Below, one piece after another: positions 27,459 through 36,360 of a stretch of 64,000 nucleotides of DNA (its first letter is position 1; each line of letters starts with the position of its first letter). The translations under genes were made by a program, and so were the position numbers. This DNA is from a virus (lineage: Duplodnaviria; Caudoviricetes), in the IMG/VR virus record IMGVR_UViG_3300033076_000897, positions 1-64,000 of that record; one strand, written 5' to 3'. Below the pieces are notes generated by a model. It did not search any database, was not told the origin of the DNA, and saw only the letters and a list, made by a program, of their open reading frames with translations.

Positions 27459-27666
27459 TACTTTCAATATAAATTTTAATGCCGTTTAAGATTTCAACAC
27501 TATCAGCCCATTTATAATTAAAATGATCCCATAATGTTTTGTTTTTTAGTGTCGGGTGTGGTTGACCCATCGCCCAAAATTTGGCTTTGTTAAAGTCCTC
27601 TACTGAGTAAGAAAAACTGGTTGGTTTACCAGCAATAAGTCCGATAATTCTTCTCCTTAGGTTCAT
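27442..27666 (-). CDS. Hypothetical protein
   Basis: 74-aa ORF packed between thyA and GH16. Confidence 0.55.
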   Translation of the reverse strand: MNLRRRIIGLIAGKPTSFSYSVEDFNKAKFWAMGQPHPTLKNKTLWDHFNYKWADSVEILNGIKIYIESNGTIK

Positions 27667-27668
27667 GA

Positions 27669-28898
27669 TTAATTACTTAGAGGTGCTTTGATTGATGGAT
27701 GCGATTTGTAGTTTTCTAACGTGAAATCAGTGTTCGCGTAAGTAAATATTCCACCACCGATTCTCATTTCGTTGTTTTGATTAATAACCAACTTAGGTAA
27801 AGCAAATGGTTGTCTTGATTTTCTTGGAACTCCATATAAATCACATACAGCATGTATAGATTCATCGCTTACTTCAGGTCCGACACCAAAGTCAGATGGA
27901 TCAAAATGAATGTCAACGGATGCTAATTCAATTCTCTCATCACATGTTAGATCTCTACCGATTTGTTCTTTGGCTTGATCAACATGGTTTGAATACAAGT
28001 GAACGTCTCCGAGATTTCCGATTAATTCATCAGGAACCATGTTCACTTCTTTAGCGATGATCTCAAGTAACAAACCGTAAGAAGCAATGTTGAATGGTAA
28101 ACCTAGAAATGTATCTACTGAACGTTGATTCCACATTAGAGAGATTGCTCGTTTAGGAACATTATTTTCATCACATAACTTATTACAATAATCAAATTCT
28201 GTCATGTTAGGAGTCAAGTTTGCTAATTTCCATCTCTCTTCTTGACTCAACTCTCTTGTATAAACTTGAAATCCATAATGACAAGGTGGAAGAACCATTT
28301 GGTCTAATTCACCTACATTCCAAGCATTAACCATTAATCGTCTTGAGTCTGGGTTTGTTTTAAGATCGTTGATTAGGTTTTGGATTTGGTCATTTACGTT
28401 ATCGATTCTATTCTTAATGGGTAAAGCTTTATTGAAACCAACTGGTGTTTCGGTAGTTCCACTCCACTTTCTCCACTGCTTACCATAAATTGGTCCCAAG
28501 TCACCCCACTTTTGAGCAAATGTAAATGGTGAATGTTCAATTTGTTTATCTTCTTTTATTTTGTTGATAAACTCTTCTTTACTTAAAATCTTTTCTGGTG
28601 GGTTACCAATCATTAGGATTTCATACCTTCTATAAGCATCACCGTCCCAAATGTGACAATTATTTTCAACCAAATACTTGATATTGGTATCACCACGAAG
28701 GAACCACAACAATTCGGTTACCATCGTTTTCCAAGCCATTTTCTTGGTAGTCAATAAGGGAAATCCTTCGCTCATTTTGTGTCTGATCTGACGACCAAAA
28801 ACAGAAATCGTACCTGTTCCTGTGCGATCTTTCTTAGTAACACCGTTGTCTAGAATGTCTTGTAATAGTTGCTGATACTGTTTATCGATATTATTCAT
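27669..28898 (-). CDS. thyA: Thymidylate synthase with insertions
   Basis: DRTGTGT, FPLLTTK, ELLWFL.G, YGKQWR, SRR, LPPCH, QRSVD.FLGLPFN, GDVHLY.NH; ATG at 28898 preferred. Confidence 0.95.
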   Translation of the reverse strand: MNNIDKQYQQLLQDILDNGVTKKDRTGTGTISVFGRQIRHKMSEGFPLLTTKKMAWKTMVTELLWFLRGDTNIKYLVENNCHIWDGDAYRRYEILMIGNPPEKILSKEEFINKIKEDKQIEHSPFTFAQKWGDLGPIYGKQWRKWSGTTETPVGFNKALPIKNRIDNVNDQIQNLINDLKTNPDSRRLMVNAWNVGELDQMVLPPCHYGFQVYTRELSQEERWKLANLTPNMTEFDYCNKLCDENNVPKRAISLMWNQRSVDTFLGLPFNIASYGLLLEIIAKEVNMVPDELIGNLGDVHLYSNHVDQAKEQIGRDLTCDERIELASVDIHFDPSDFGVGPEVSDESIHAVCDLYGVPRKSRQPFALPKLVINQNNEMRIGGGIFTYANTDFTLENYKSHPSIKAPLSN

Positions 28899-28984
28899 AA
28901 GTCCCAAATTGATTTTCTTTTCTTCTTAAATTTGTCTAAAAACAAAGATATTGCGAATGCTGTCTTTTGCAAAAATCGTTTCAT
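28895..28984 (-). CDS. Translationally coupled small ORF (29 aa; absent from the ORF track)
   Basis: MKRFLQKTAFAISLFLDKFKKKRKSIWDL; starts immediately after the upstream TAA and ends in an ATGA overlap with the thyA ATG. Confidence 0.55.
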   Translation of the reverse strand: MKRFLQKTAFAISLFLDKFKKKRKSIWDL

Positions 28985-29305
28985 TTAGATGGTTTGTATC
29001 AAATTAATTAATAGGTACGATAGTTTGTAACCTGTAAATGCTCCAAGAGCTGATGGGATTGGGAAAACTATAAGCTTACCAAGGTCTGTAACGTATTTAG
29101 GTCTGTTAACAATTCGACCCATAAACATATAGTAAGTTATATAACCGAATAAGACTGCGATGTCGGTGCGAGTAGCTATGAACACTACCAAAATGGCACC
29201 AAGAAAACCAAAGATGAAGTTGTCTCTAACTCCTTCCCATATTTCAAAGGGTGTAGCTTCTTTCCACTCCTTTACAATTTTATTGTATTTAGAGTGCTTT
29301 CTCAC
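28985..29305 (-). CDS. Small membrane protein
   Basis: About three hydrophobic segments. Confidence 0.65.
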   Translation of the reverse strand: MRKHSKYNKIVKEWKEATPFEIWEGVRDNFIFGFLGAILVVFIATRTDIAVLFGYITYYMFMGRIVNRPKYVTDLGKLIVFPIPSALGAFTGYKLSYLLINLIQTI

Positions 29306-29490
29306 TTAACCCACTCGTTGAATGCGTAAATGTATGAATCCATTCGGCCTAATGTAGGATCTTCTTCACGAAGTTGTTTGGCCGTATCGATGATTTCGAG
29401 ACGTAGACCGTAAGCTGATGCTTCCATCAAGATTTCTTCGATCATTTCTTCCTCGGTCATGGTCCTCTTTTGTTCTATATTAGCGTTCAT
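29302..29490 (-). CDS. Small acidic hypothetical protein
   Basis: First gene after the promoter at 29502-29530. Confidence 0.6.
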   Translation of the reverse strand: MNANIEQKRTMTEEEMIEEILMEASAYGLRLEIIDTAKQLREEDPTLGRMDSYIYAFNEWVK

Positions 29491-29501
29491 AGTCTTTTCT
29501 T

Positions 29502-29530
29502 TTTATAAGAGAAAACTACAAAATGTTTCA
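29502..29530 (-). promoter_or_regulatory. Putative early/middle promoter TGAAAC-N17-TATAAA (thyA/GH16 operon)
   Basis: Bipartite motif with 17-nt spacer. Confidence 0.75.
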
Positions 29531-29917
29531 TTATAGACCCTTTCTATCCATAAAGTCCTGCATGGAAAGTACGTACTTTCTAAGCTTCTTTCTTTTAGGA
29601 TCTTCTTCGTCCTTTTGACCAGCAGGAACATCCCCAGAACCGAATCTTCCAGTCACCATATCAGGTAACATTACGGCCCCAGAACCACCGATGTGAGACG
29701 GTGTGATACCAATACCAGCGTCCTCAGCTACTCTGTCAGGTAGACCATCATGCTTGGTTGATGCGAAATCTTTTAGTTGTTTAAGAGTCATGTTCGCAAC
29801 AAGTTCTTGAACTTTGTCCCGATATTCTGCGTCGACCTCGTCAAGTGTCATATCACCCTTCTTGACAGCGTATGCGACACCCATGAGTCTTTGTTGAGAT
29901 TTGCTTGTACTTGGCAT
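29531..29917 (-). CDS. DUF3008-like protein
   Basis: MPSTSKSQQRLMG.A.A.KKG...M..KQLKDFASTKH.GLP pattern recalled for DUF3008. Confidence 0.65.
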   Translation of the reverse strand: MPSTSKSQQRLMGVAYAVKKGDMTLDEVDAEYRDKVQELVANMTLKQLKDFASTKHDGLPDRVAEDAGIGITPSHIGGSGAVMLPDMVTGRFGSGDVPAGQKDEEDPKRKKLRKYVLSMQDFMDRKGL

Positions 29918-29933
29918 AGTTTCTTATTAAAAT

Positions 29934-29961
29934 AAAAAAGAGCAGCGTTAGGGCTGCTCTT
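29934..29961 (-). terminator. Intrinsic terminator
   Basis: AAGAGCAGC/GCTGCTCTT stem plus T run. Confidence 0.8.
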
Positions 29962-29969
29962 TATATATC
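29962..29969 (-). promoter_or_regulatory. Putative late promoter GATATATA abutting the terminator
   Basis: Exact motif. Confidence 0.65.
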
Positions 29970-29982
29970 TGTTGGTGTTTTA

Positions 29983-31284
29983 TTACCAAGCGATGTCTAA
30001 TTTATCCAATTTTTGGATACGTTGTTTAGTGCTTAAAGCGTAGTTTTTAGCTTCTCTTTCATAGTAAGATCCGCCTCCACCTCTTCTGCCATCTTCTTTG
30101 GCTTGTTCGGTGTATTGAACGAATCTACCGTAATCATCGAGAACTCTCTTCATGAAATCGGTTACGTCGCTCAATTTAACTTCTCTACCTTTAGGATCTT
30201 GACCTGCAATAATATCACCGTATCTTCCAATTTCTTTCTTATTCAATGCTGTAGTAAGTAAAGATGTGGCGTCGTTGATTGCTTTTTCAACCATTTTGTC
30301 TAGTGCATCCGTATCAGAAGAAACTCTGTTAGCCAAGATAGTTTTGTATCTAGCCAGGTTTTCTTCTTTGAATCTTTTAGGATCAATCAATGCGGTAGCA
30401 CCACTTCTTGCTTCTGTTCTTGCACTTCTAGTTGAACTTGTGCTAAATCTTGCAACAAGAGCATCAACGTTAAGTACGTATGCTACGTCTGCTACTTCAG
30501 CGATTCTCTTTACGTTGTAAAGACCTGAAGCACCGTAACCTTTGTATTTTTTGTTAACACCAATACCGTCTTGGCTAGTTCCCAAAGTTTCGTATCTGTC
30601 TTTAGAAGACCATCTTCCAGACCATTCTGCTGCCATAAATTCATTTTGACCGTTAGCAACAGCAATCAATGAATTTCGTGGAATGGTTTTATCAGAAGAC
30701 CATGCTCCTGAGTCAGCGTATGGATTTGGTTTTTCGTTAGTAGATACGTAGAATACCAATTCCTTACCGTTGTTCTTTCTCTTATAAGCTTCCATCGGGC
30801 TCATTTGAAGTAAATCAGCATCGGTAATTTGATCCAATTGGATTCTTGTGTAACCGTAAATATACTTCAATAAGTTTTTAGGTGCTAACTTCATATTAGT
30901 CAAGTTAGCAAGGATTGAAGATTTCAAACCCTCTAAGATAGACTCGTAGCTTTCTTCGATGATTTCTTCTTCAGTCAAGTGGCTTAAAACTTTTTGACCG
31001 TATGTTGATAGACTAACACCATCTTCGCTTACGCTGAAGTATCTAGCGTTTCTGTTCAACCATTTTTTAGAATCAGCAGAAAATTCGTTAACGATAGCTT
31101 TAAACTCTTCGTTTGAAATTTTGCCGTCTTTAACAGCCTTAAGAACGCTGTTTCTAACTTTAGTTTCTTTTACTGTAGTTACAGCTGAACTGTCTCTGTA
31201 TTGTCTTTTAAGAACAATTTTGCCTTCGTCAAGGTTATTGTAGCTTTCATTTACGAAGTCTTCAAATGATTCAAAAATTTTCAT
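29983..31284 (-). CDS. Putative internal virion protein
   Basis: N-terminus MKIFESFEDFVNE; acidic linker LTEEEIIEESYESILEG; late promoter upstream. Confidence 0.65.
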   Translation of the reverse strand: MKIFESFEDFVNESYNNLDEGKIVLKRQYRDSSAVTTVKETKVRNSVLKAVKDGKISNEEFKAIVNEFSADSKKWLNRNARYFSVSEDGVSLSTYGQKVLSHLTEEEIIEESYESILEGLKSSILANLTNMKLAPKNLLKYIYGYTRIQLDQITDADLLQMSPMEAYKRKNNGKELVFYVSTNEKPNPYADSGAWSSDKTIPRNSLIAVANGQNEFMAAEWSGRWSSKDRYETLGTSQDGIGVNKKYKGYGASGLYNVKRIAEVADVAYVLNVDALVARFSTSSTRSARTEARSGATALIDPKRFKEENLARYKTILANRVSSDTDALDKMVEKAINDATSLLTTALNKKEIGRYGDIIAGQDPKGREVKLSDVTDFMKRVLDDYGRFVQYTEQAKEDGRRGGGGSYYEREAKNYALSTKQRIQKLDKLDIAW

Positions 31285-31306
31285 TCTGTGTTAATTATTT
31301 TTGTTT

Positions 31307-31314
31307 TATATATC
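31307..31314 (-). promoter_or_regulatory. Putative late promoter GATATATA
   Basis: Exact motif 22 nt before ATG 31284. Confidence 0.72.
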
Positions 31315-33226
31315 AGTGTTTTTTAGCCACATACATCTCTTTCTCATCGTCCCATTCAGCGTGATCCAAGTTAGCTGCATAAACGTTTACTGGAGTAGGC
31401 CATACGTTACCATCTTTGTCTTCTCTAAAAGAATAACCCGAATTCAATAGAGGCTTCATCAAACTGGCTGTTTCAATACCGTCTGTCATGTCGATCTTGT
31501 TGCCTTTGGTATCGACGTTAGCGTTACCAAATAGCTGACCTCTACAGTCTTGGTTGTGAACGTGAGCCAATAAAAGTGCTTGTTTAGCGTGTAGCTCTAA
31601 TGATTTTCTAACTGTTTCAATGTGTTCTTTAGTGCCTTTGAGTTTGCCACCCTTTGTCCAAATATCAATTTGATCTTGGGCCCAATCTGCTGGAGTTTTA
31701 CCTTTAGATCCTGCATCAAGTGGTTTTCCGTCCCATAGGCCAGCTTTTTTAGCCCAATCTTCTATTTCAGCCAAATTCTTTTCGGCTTCTTCGTGGTTTG
31801 GCTTTCTAGTCACAGAACCCATAACGTTACTATAATTGTCAACCAATGCTGTCAATTTTTGAGAAGTTTCTGGATTCTTAAACAGTGTTTGTTCAAGTTT
31901 TGCTCTTGCAGCTGATGCAGCTCCACCGTCTTTTTTAACAGATAGACCACCTTGATTCTGTAAGCTTACTGTGTATTTCATGTTAGTTGCAAGCTTAGTA
32001 GAATATTCTGGATCTTCTGGATCTAAATCTGATAGGTCTGGGAAACTTACTAAGTCTGAAACTGTCATGTTTGCGCTCGCTGGCAAATATACTGGGTATC
32101 CTTTTTTGATCATGTTTAAGTAAACCATAGACTCTGCAAGATCCGAAGATCCCTTTCTAACAGTTTCAATACTCGCCATGTCTTCGATAACCTGCGTTAC
32201 CGCCTTTTCGTATTCTTCTTGATCTTCAATTGAACTTAATTTCTTAACGTTTTCAATCAATTTTGATTCTGCTTTCGATGGCTTGTCGCCTATTTTCTCG
32301 GCTAAAGCGTTAGCAATTTTGTCAGGGTACCCTGATAAAACTTTTGATCTTCCTTCTGGAGTACTAACATCTGCACCTTCGATAGTTTCTAATACCTCAA
32401 CATCACCCTTTAAATTAGCGTATTGCTCTAGGATCATATTGTTTCTTTCTATAGAAACTGAGATTCTTTCGGCCATTGCAGAAAGTTCTTTTTCAGATTT
32501 GTCTGGGTGTGCAGATTTTAATTTAGATCTCAAATCAGAAGGTAGCTCCAATCTTTTGATGGTGTGACTACCGAATTTGATAGATTCAACTTCACCGTCT
32601 TTGTTTTTTTCAACGGTTCTTTCCAACTTAGCAGATTTTGGATTGATCTTGTTGGGTGCTACGTCTTTGCTTGCGATTGTAAGTTTATCTGCACCAGTTG
32701 TAGAAGGATCTGTTAATTCTACACCGTTGTCTAATAACTGTTGCTTCAATTCTTTAGCTTGAGCTGAATCACCTAAATCAATTTTCAAACGGGCGTTTTG
32801 TTTAAAATTACCCGGCTCTTTAGCAGCAACATAGATAGCAAATTCTCTGTCTTTTTTTGCAATCTTAAAGTACTTATTGAAAGTTGCTAAATCTTCTTCG
32901 CTTGGTTTTTGACCAGTCAATATAGATTTTAGTGTGTTTTCAAATGATTTTTGATCATCTTCACTCTCAAAAGCTACTTGATCTTTAAAAGAGTCGTAAG
33001 TTTTTTGAATCTTATCGGCTTTAACTTGTACAGATTTATTTGCTTTATCCTCGTCTGATGCAGCTTTTACTGTTGTTTTTTTACCACCTATTAAAATTTC
33101 AGTGTCGGGTCGCATTTTATGTTTAGATTTATAAACTAAAAACGCTTCTTTATCTGTAAATTCAACTTCGTTAAGTTGTTGCATTGCAACCGCAAATCTT
33201 GTTCTAATATCTCCGTAGGTACTCAT
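31313..33226 (-). CDS. Hypothetical late protein with a possible PD-(D/E)xK-like nuclease core
   Basis: DLAES...VYLPASAN..VSDLV...GLSVKK arrangement; LNE site near the N-terminus. Confidence 0.55.
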   Translation of the reverse strand: MSTYGDIRTRFAVAMQQLNEVEFTDKEAFLVYKSKHKMRPDTEILIGGKKTTVKAASDEDKANKSVQVKADKIQKTYDSFKDQVAFESEDDQKSFENTLKSILTGQKPSEEDLATFNKYFKIAKKDREFAIYVAAKEPGNFKQNARLKIDLGDSAQAKELKQQLLDNGVELTDPSTTGADKLTIASKDVAPNKINPKSAKLERTVEKNKDGEVESIKFGSHTIKRLELPSDLRSKLKSAHPDKSEKELSAMAERISVSIERNNMILEQYANLKGDVEVLETIEGADVSTPEGRSKVLSGYPDKIANALAEKIGDKPSKAESKLIENVKKLSSIEDQEEYEKAVTQVIEDMASIETVRKGSSDLAESMVYLNMIKKGYPVYLPASANMTVSDLVSFPDLSDLDPEDPEYSTKLATNMKYTVSLQNQGGLSVKKDGGAASAARAKLEQTLFKNPETSQKLTALVDNYSNVMGSVTRKPNHEEAEKNLAEIEDWAKKAGLWDGKPLDAGSKGKTPADWAQDQIDIWTKGGKLKGTKEHIETVRKSLELHAKQALLLAHVHNQDCRGQLFGNANVDTKGNKIDMTDGIETASLMKPLLNSGYSFREDKDGNVWPTPVNVYAANLDHAEWDDEKEMYVAKKH

Positions 33227-35061
33227 TATTTGCTAGTGATAAATTGTTCGAATGTTAAAATGCTTTCGGCGGTTGCCATAGAAAGTTCGAGCTTAGATTT
33301 TAGCTCATCGTACATGCTGTGTAGTGATCTTGGTGTCAACTTCTTAAAGCTGTTATACTCATCGTTGATCATAGTGTTTCTCACTTGCGTTGCAGAAATA
33401 TCGTCGTCGCCTCTTTTGATCTCGTGTAAACCGAAATCTGGACGAACGTTTAATTCTTCTCTGTACTTTTGATTGTCAACCATGTAACCGTAAGCTTTCA
33501 ATCTATCTGATCCAGTACCCCAAAGAACTGGCTCGTATTTAGGTCTTAGTTGATTGAACATAAGATCGATAGCTGCTGATGGTACAACGATCACCTCTTT
33601 TAAGAAAGGATATTCTTTCTGTACTCTCTTGAACATTTCAATCTGTGTGTCAACGTCGTAAGGTCTTTTTACAGCGTCTTCGGCTTTAGCAGTCTTTGAC
33701 TTCACTAAGAAGACAACAACCGGGTAACCGTTCTCTTTGTAAAGAGTCTCTAATACTTTAACGTGACCAAGCGTAAATGGTTGGAATCTACCAACGAAAA
33801 TATTTACTGGCTGGGCACCTTGATCTTTGTAATCAATTTTTAAGGCTTCGGTAACGTGAGTCACTTCTGTGTCCTTAATCTTTTTTTGTCTGCTGAAAGA
33901 ACCGAAGTCCAATACGTCTGTTTCTGTAATCTCTTCCAAAACTTTAGCTTCGATCTTTTTTACAATATCGTTCATCATCGACATCATGTCGCTTGAAATA
34001 ATATCAGTCTCTTTGTTTCTGATCTTTCTGTAAGAACCCAACATGATTTTAAACAATTCAGCTAAGACTGGATTGTCAACATATCTTAAAGTTTTCTCGT
34101 TGGTGATGAACTTAGTGTTCAATTTGAAGTCTTCCCCGTTAGCAAAATCAGCTGGATCAAAACTTGCCCCAATAAACTTGTGAGAATTGGCTTTTACATA
34201 ATCGTTAAAAACGCTAGACATTAGTTCCAAATATCTGGCATCTTGACCTTCAGAATTCAAAACAACTTCGTTAAAATTGTAGCTGCTTAAATAGGTAGTC
34301 AGGTCCAAAATGGTAATTTGGTACATATCACTTGGCTTTCTATCGGATCCACTGGTGATTCTGCGAAAATCTTCAAGCTTATATGATTCGTAATCGTGAC
34401 CATTGACAAACGTAAGAACCAGACCATCAATTTCCGAGTCCAAAGATTCGTTTAGCGTGGTATTGAATGCATCTGGTTTGAACATGTTGTACATGTATCT
34501 GGTAAAGGAATCACCCATGAACTTCTGGCTGAATTCTTTATCGTTCATCGAAAGAACTTTAATCAGATCCTCTCTTGAGTGCTCCATCATCATCCCATCA
34601 AATAAGATAGGTGGATTTTCAACTTCTAAGATACCTGCCCATTTCTTTAAGACTACAGGGTCGATGATCACTTTTTTGATCTTCTTGCCGTTCATAACAT
34701 GAATGTGAGTCAAAACCAAAAAGTTTTTCGGTAATCTGTCGTATTCTATGTCAACTGGCTTTGTGTTAGGTAGGTAATCGAAACCAAACTTCCAATCTTC
34801 TGGCATTTCATAGAGAGCTTTCTCTGAAATAGACTGCATGTGTTTGATAGCTTTTTCATAGTATTTGATGATTGTTCTGTCAACCAAATCCATGGGATCC
34901 GCTTGGTTTGACTTGAAATACATCAATTTGTCACCGATTTTCTGACAATGAAAAGCGCTCGCCGAGAGTTTCTCGGTCACCAACACTCTGGACTTAAGTA
35001 ACTTCTGAAAATCTTCAGAGTTGCTTTCAGCGAAGTGGTCTCTTAATTTTTTTAATGCCAT
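33226..35061 (-). CDS. Degenerate ligase-like domain fused to an HxGH (cytidylyltransferase-like) nucleotidyltransferase
   Basis: C-terminal GRFQPFTLGH, GSDR, ISATQVR; N-terminal VTEKLSAS, DGLVL, YKL. Confidence 0.75.
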   Translation of the reverse strand: MALKKLRDHFAESNSEDFQKLLKSRVLVTEKLSASAFHCQKIGDKLMYFKSNQADPMDLVDRTIIKYYEKAIKHMQSISEKALYEMPEDWKFGFDYLPNTKPVDIEYDRLPKNFLVLTHIHVMNGKKIKKVIIDPVVLKKWAGILEVENPPILFDGMMMEHSREDLIKVLSMNDKEFSQKFMGDSFTRYMYNMFKPDAFNTTLNESLDSEIDGLVLTFVNGHDYESYKLEDFRRITSGSDRKPSDMYQITILDLTTYLSSYNFNEVVLNSEGQDARYLELMSSVFNDYVKANSHKFIGASFDPADFANGEDFKLNTKFITNEKTLRYVDNPVLAELFKIMLGSYRKIRNKETDIISSDMMSMMNDIVKKIEAKVLEEITETDVLDFGSFSRQKKIKDTEVTHVTEALKIDYKDQGAQPVNIFVGRFQPFTLGHVKVLETLYKENGYPVVVFLVKSKTAKAEDAVKRPYDVDTQIEMFKRVQKEYPFLKEVIVVPSAAIDLMFNQLRPKYEPVLWGTGSDRLKAYGYMVDNQKYREELNVRPDFGLHEIKRGDDDISATQVRNTMINDEYNSFKKLTPRSLHSMYDELKSKLELSMATAESILTFEQFITSK

Positions 35062-35071
35062 TTTAGTAGTT

Positions 35072-36346
35072 TTATCTTCCGTATTTAATGATGCCCATCA
35101 ATTGATTGATGGCAGCAAATGTACCTGTAAGCTTATATATTTTGCCCTTGTACTTAAAGACCAGACCTTCAGTTGGCATGATTGAATCGATGCCACCGAT
35201 TCTGTTTAATCTGTCAAGTTCCCTTTCAACTTTAGCAATTTGACTAAGGTCACCGTTTGTTTTGATCTTGTCGGCTTCTGTCTTGATCTGTGTGTGTAAT
35301 CTTTGGGCTTCTTGTTGTGGGTTTAGAGCCAATAGGTTTGAAACGTTCTTAAGAATGGTTGATCCCAATTCCAAGAAGATGTCTTCAAATGGTCTAATGT
35401 TTTCTTTTTGTTTACCCTTTAAATCCTCTTTGTCGAATTTATCAAAAGCAGCTTTTTCTTCAGGAGATAGAATCTTAGCCAAGTCTCTAACGTTTAGAGT
35501 CTTCTTGTCTTCGTAGGCCCATCTCAATAGCATGCCTCTTTTAATGTCAGCCGGGACATTGGGGAACATTTTTTCAATCTCCTCTTTCCACCAGTTTTCG
35601 TGATACAAAGAAACTGGATCAGCGTCTTTAAGACCGTATTTTGACTGAAGGGCCACAATTTTACTAATGAAGTAACCTTTCTTTTCGTCGAAATCTGGAA
35701 TCTTGCTGATGTTTAGTTCCTGTGGTGGAATGATGGTAAAAGTCTTTTGTACGTGGTTGCTAGTGTCCTGTAAGATCTTTGCAAGATCTTTGGCAGCTTT
35801 TGCGTTGGTAGTTCCGTCTTCGATGGTAACGATACCGTGAAACTGAATCACGTCTTTGTTGTATGCAATTACGTTTGCGTTGCCTGTGTAAATAAGCTCC
35901 ATGTTCATGAAAGCTTTACCGTTTTGGAAGAAATCTTCTTGAGTCTTAGCTGGCAACTTTTGTAAAGAAGCTGCTAAATCTTCAGCGGCAAATGTAAACG
36001 TTTTTCTAACACCATCCGATGGGTGATTAGAGAACATAGAGATGATAGCAGCCAAATCGATAGGGCTTGCAAGCTGTCCTTTGTTTCTAGCAAACATCAC
36101 TCTACCGTCGATCATGGTCACAAATAGGTTTTGACCATCTGTTTTTTCGGTAGGGGCCTCTTCAAAGTTAAGATCACCTTGTAGACCTCTATCGACAAAC
36201 ATTTTAAAGTCACCAAAAGTGAGTGAGTTATCATCGAAAGGGTGCATCATGTGACCTGCAGCACCACCTTCCATAATTAGATCAAAAGCAGAACCGATGA
36301 GATTCTGCTTTTCGATCAAGTATTCTTTAATACTAAATAGTTTCAT
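35072..36346 (-). CDS. ATP-dependent ligase-fold nucleotidyltransferase-like protein
   Basis: GGAAGHMMHPFD, TEKTDGQN (KxDG), NMELIY, EGLVF..KGK.YKLTG. Confidence 0.7.
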   Translation of the reverse strand: MKLFSIKEYLIEKQNLIGSAFDLIMEGGAAGHMMHPFDDNSLTFGDFKMFVDRGLQGDLNFEEAPTEKTDGQNLFVTMIDGRVMFARNKGQLASPIDLAAIISMFSNHPSDGVRKTFTFAAEDLAASLQKLPAKTQEDFFQNGKAFMNMELIYTGNANVIAYNKDVIQFHGIVTIEDGTTNAKAAKDLAKILQDTSNHVQKTFTIIPPQELNISKIPDFDEKKGYFISKIVALQSKYGLKDADPVSLYHENWWKEEIEKMFPNVPADIKRGMLLRWAYEDKKTLNVRDLAKILSPEEKAAFDKFDKEDLKGKQKENIRPFEDIFLELGSTILKNVSNLLALNPQQEAQRLHTQIKTEADKIKTNGDLSQIAKVERELDRLNRIGGIDSIMPTEGLVFKYKGKIYKLTGTFAAINQLMGIIKYGR

Positions 36347-36360
36347 TGTTAGGGTTTATT

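Noticed and set aside
27669-28898. ThyA as a dCMP hydroxymethylase or other base-modifying homologue feeding the glycosyltransferases
   Set aside because: It retains the dUMP-specifying Asn (GLPFN) and all canonical ThyA motifs; dCMP hydroxymethylases have Asp at this position.
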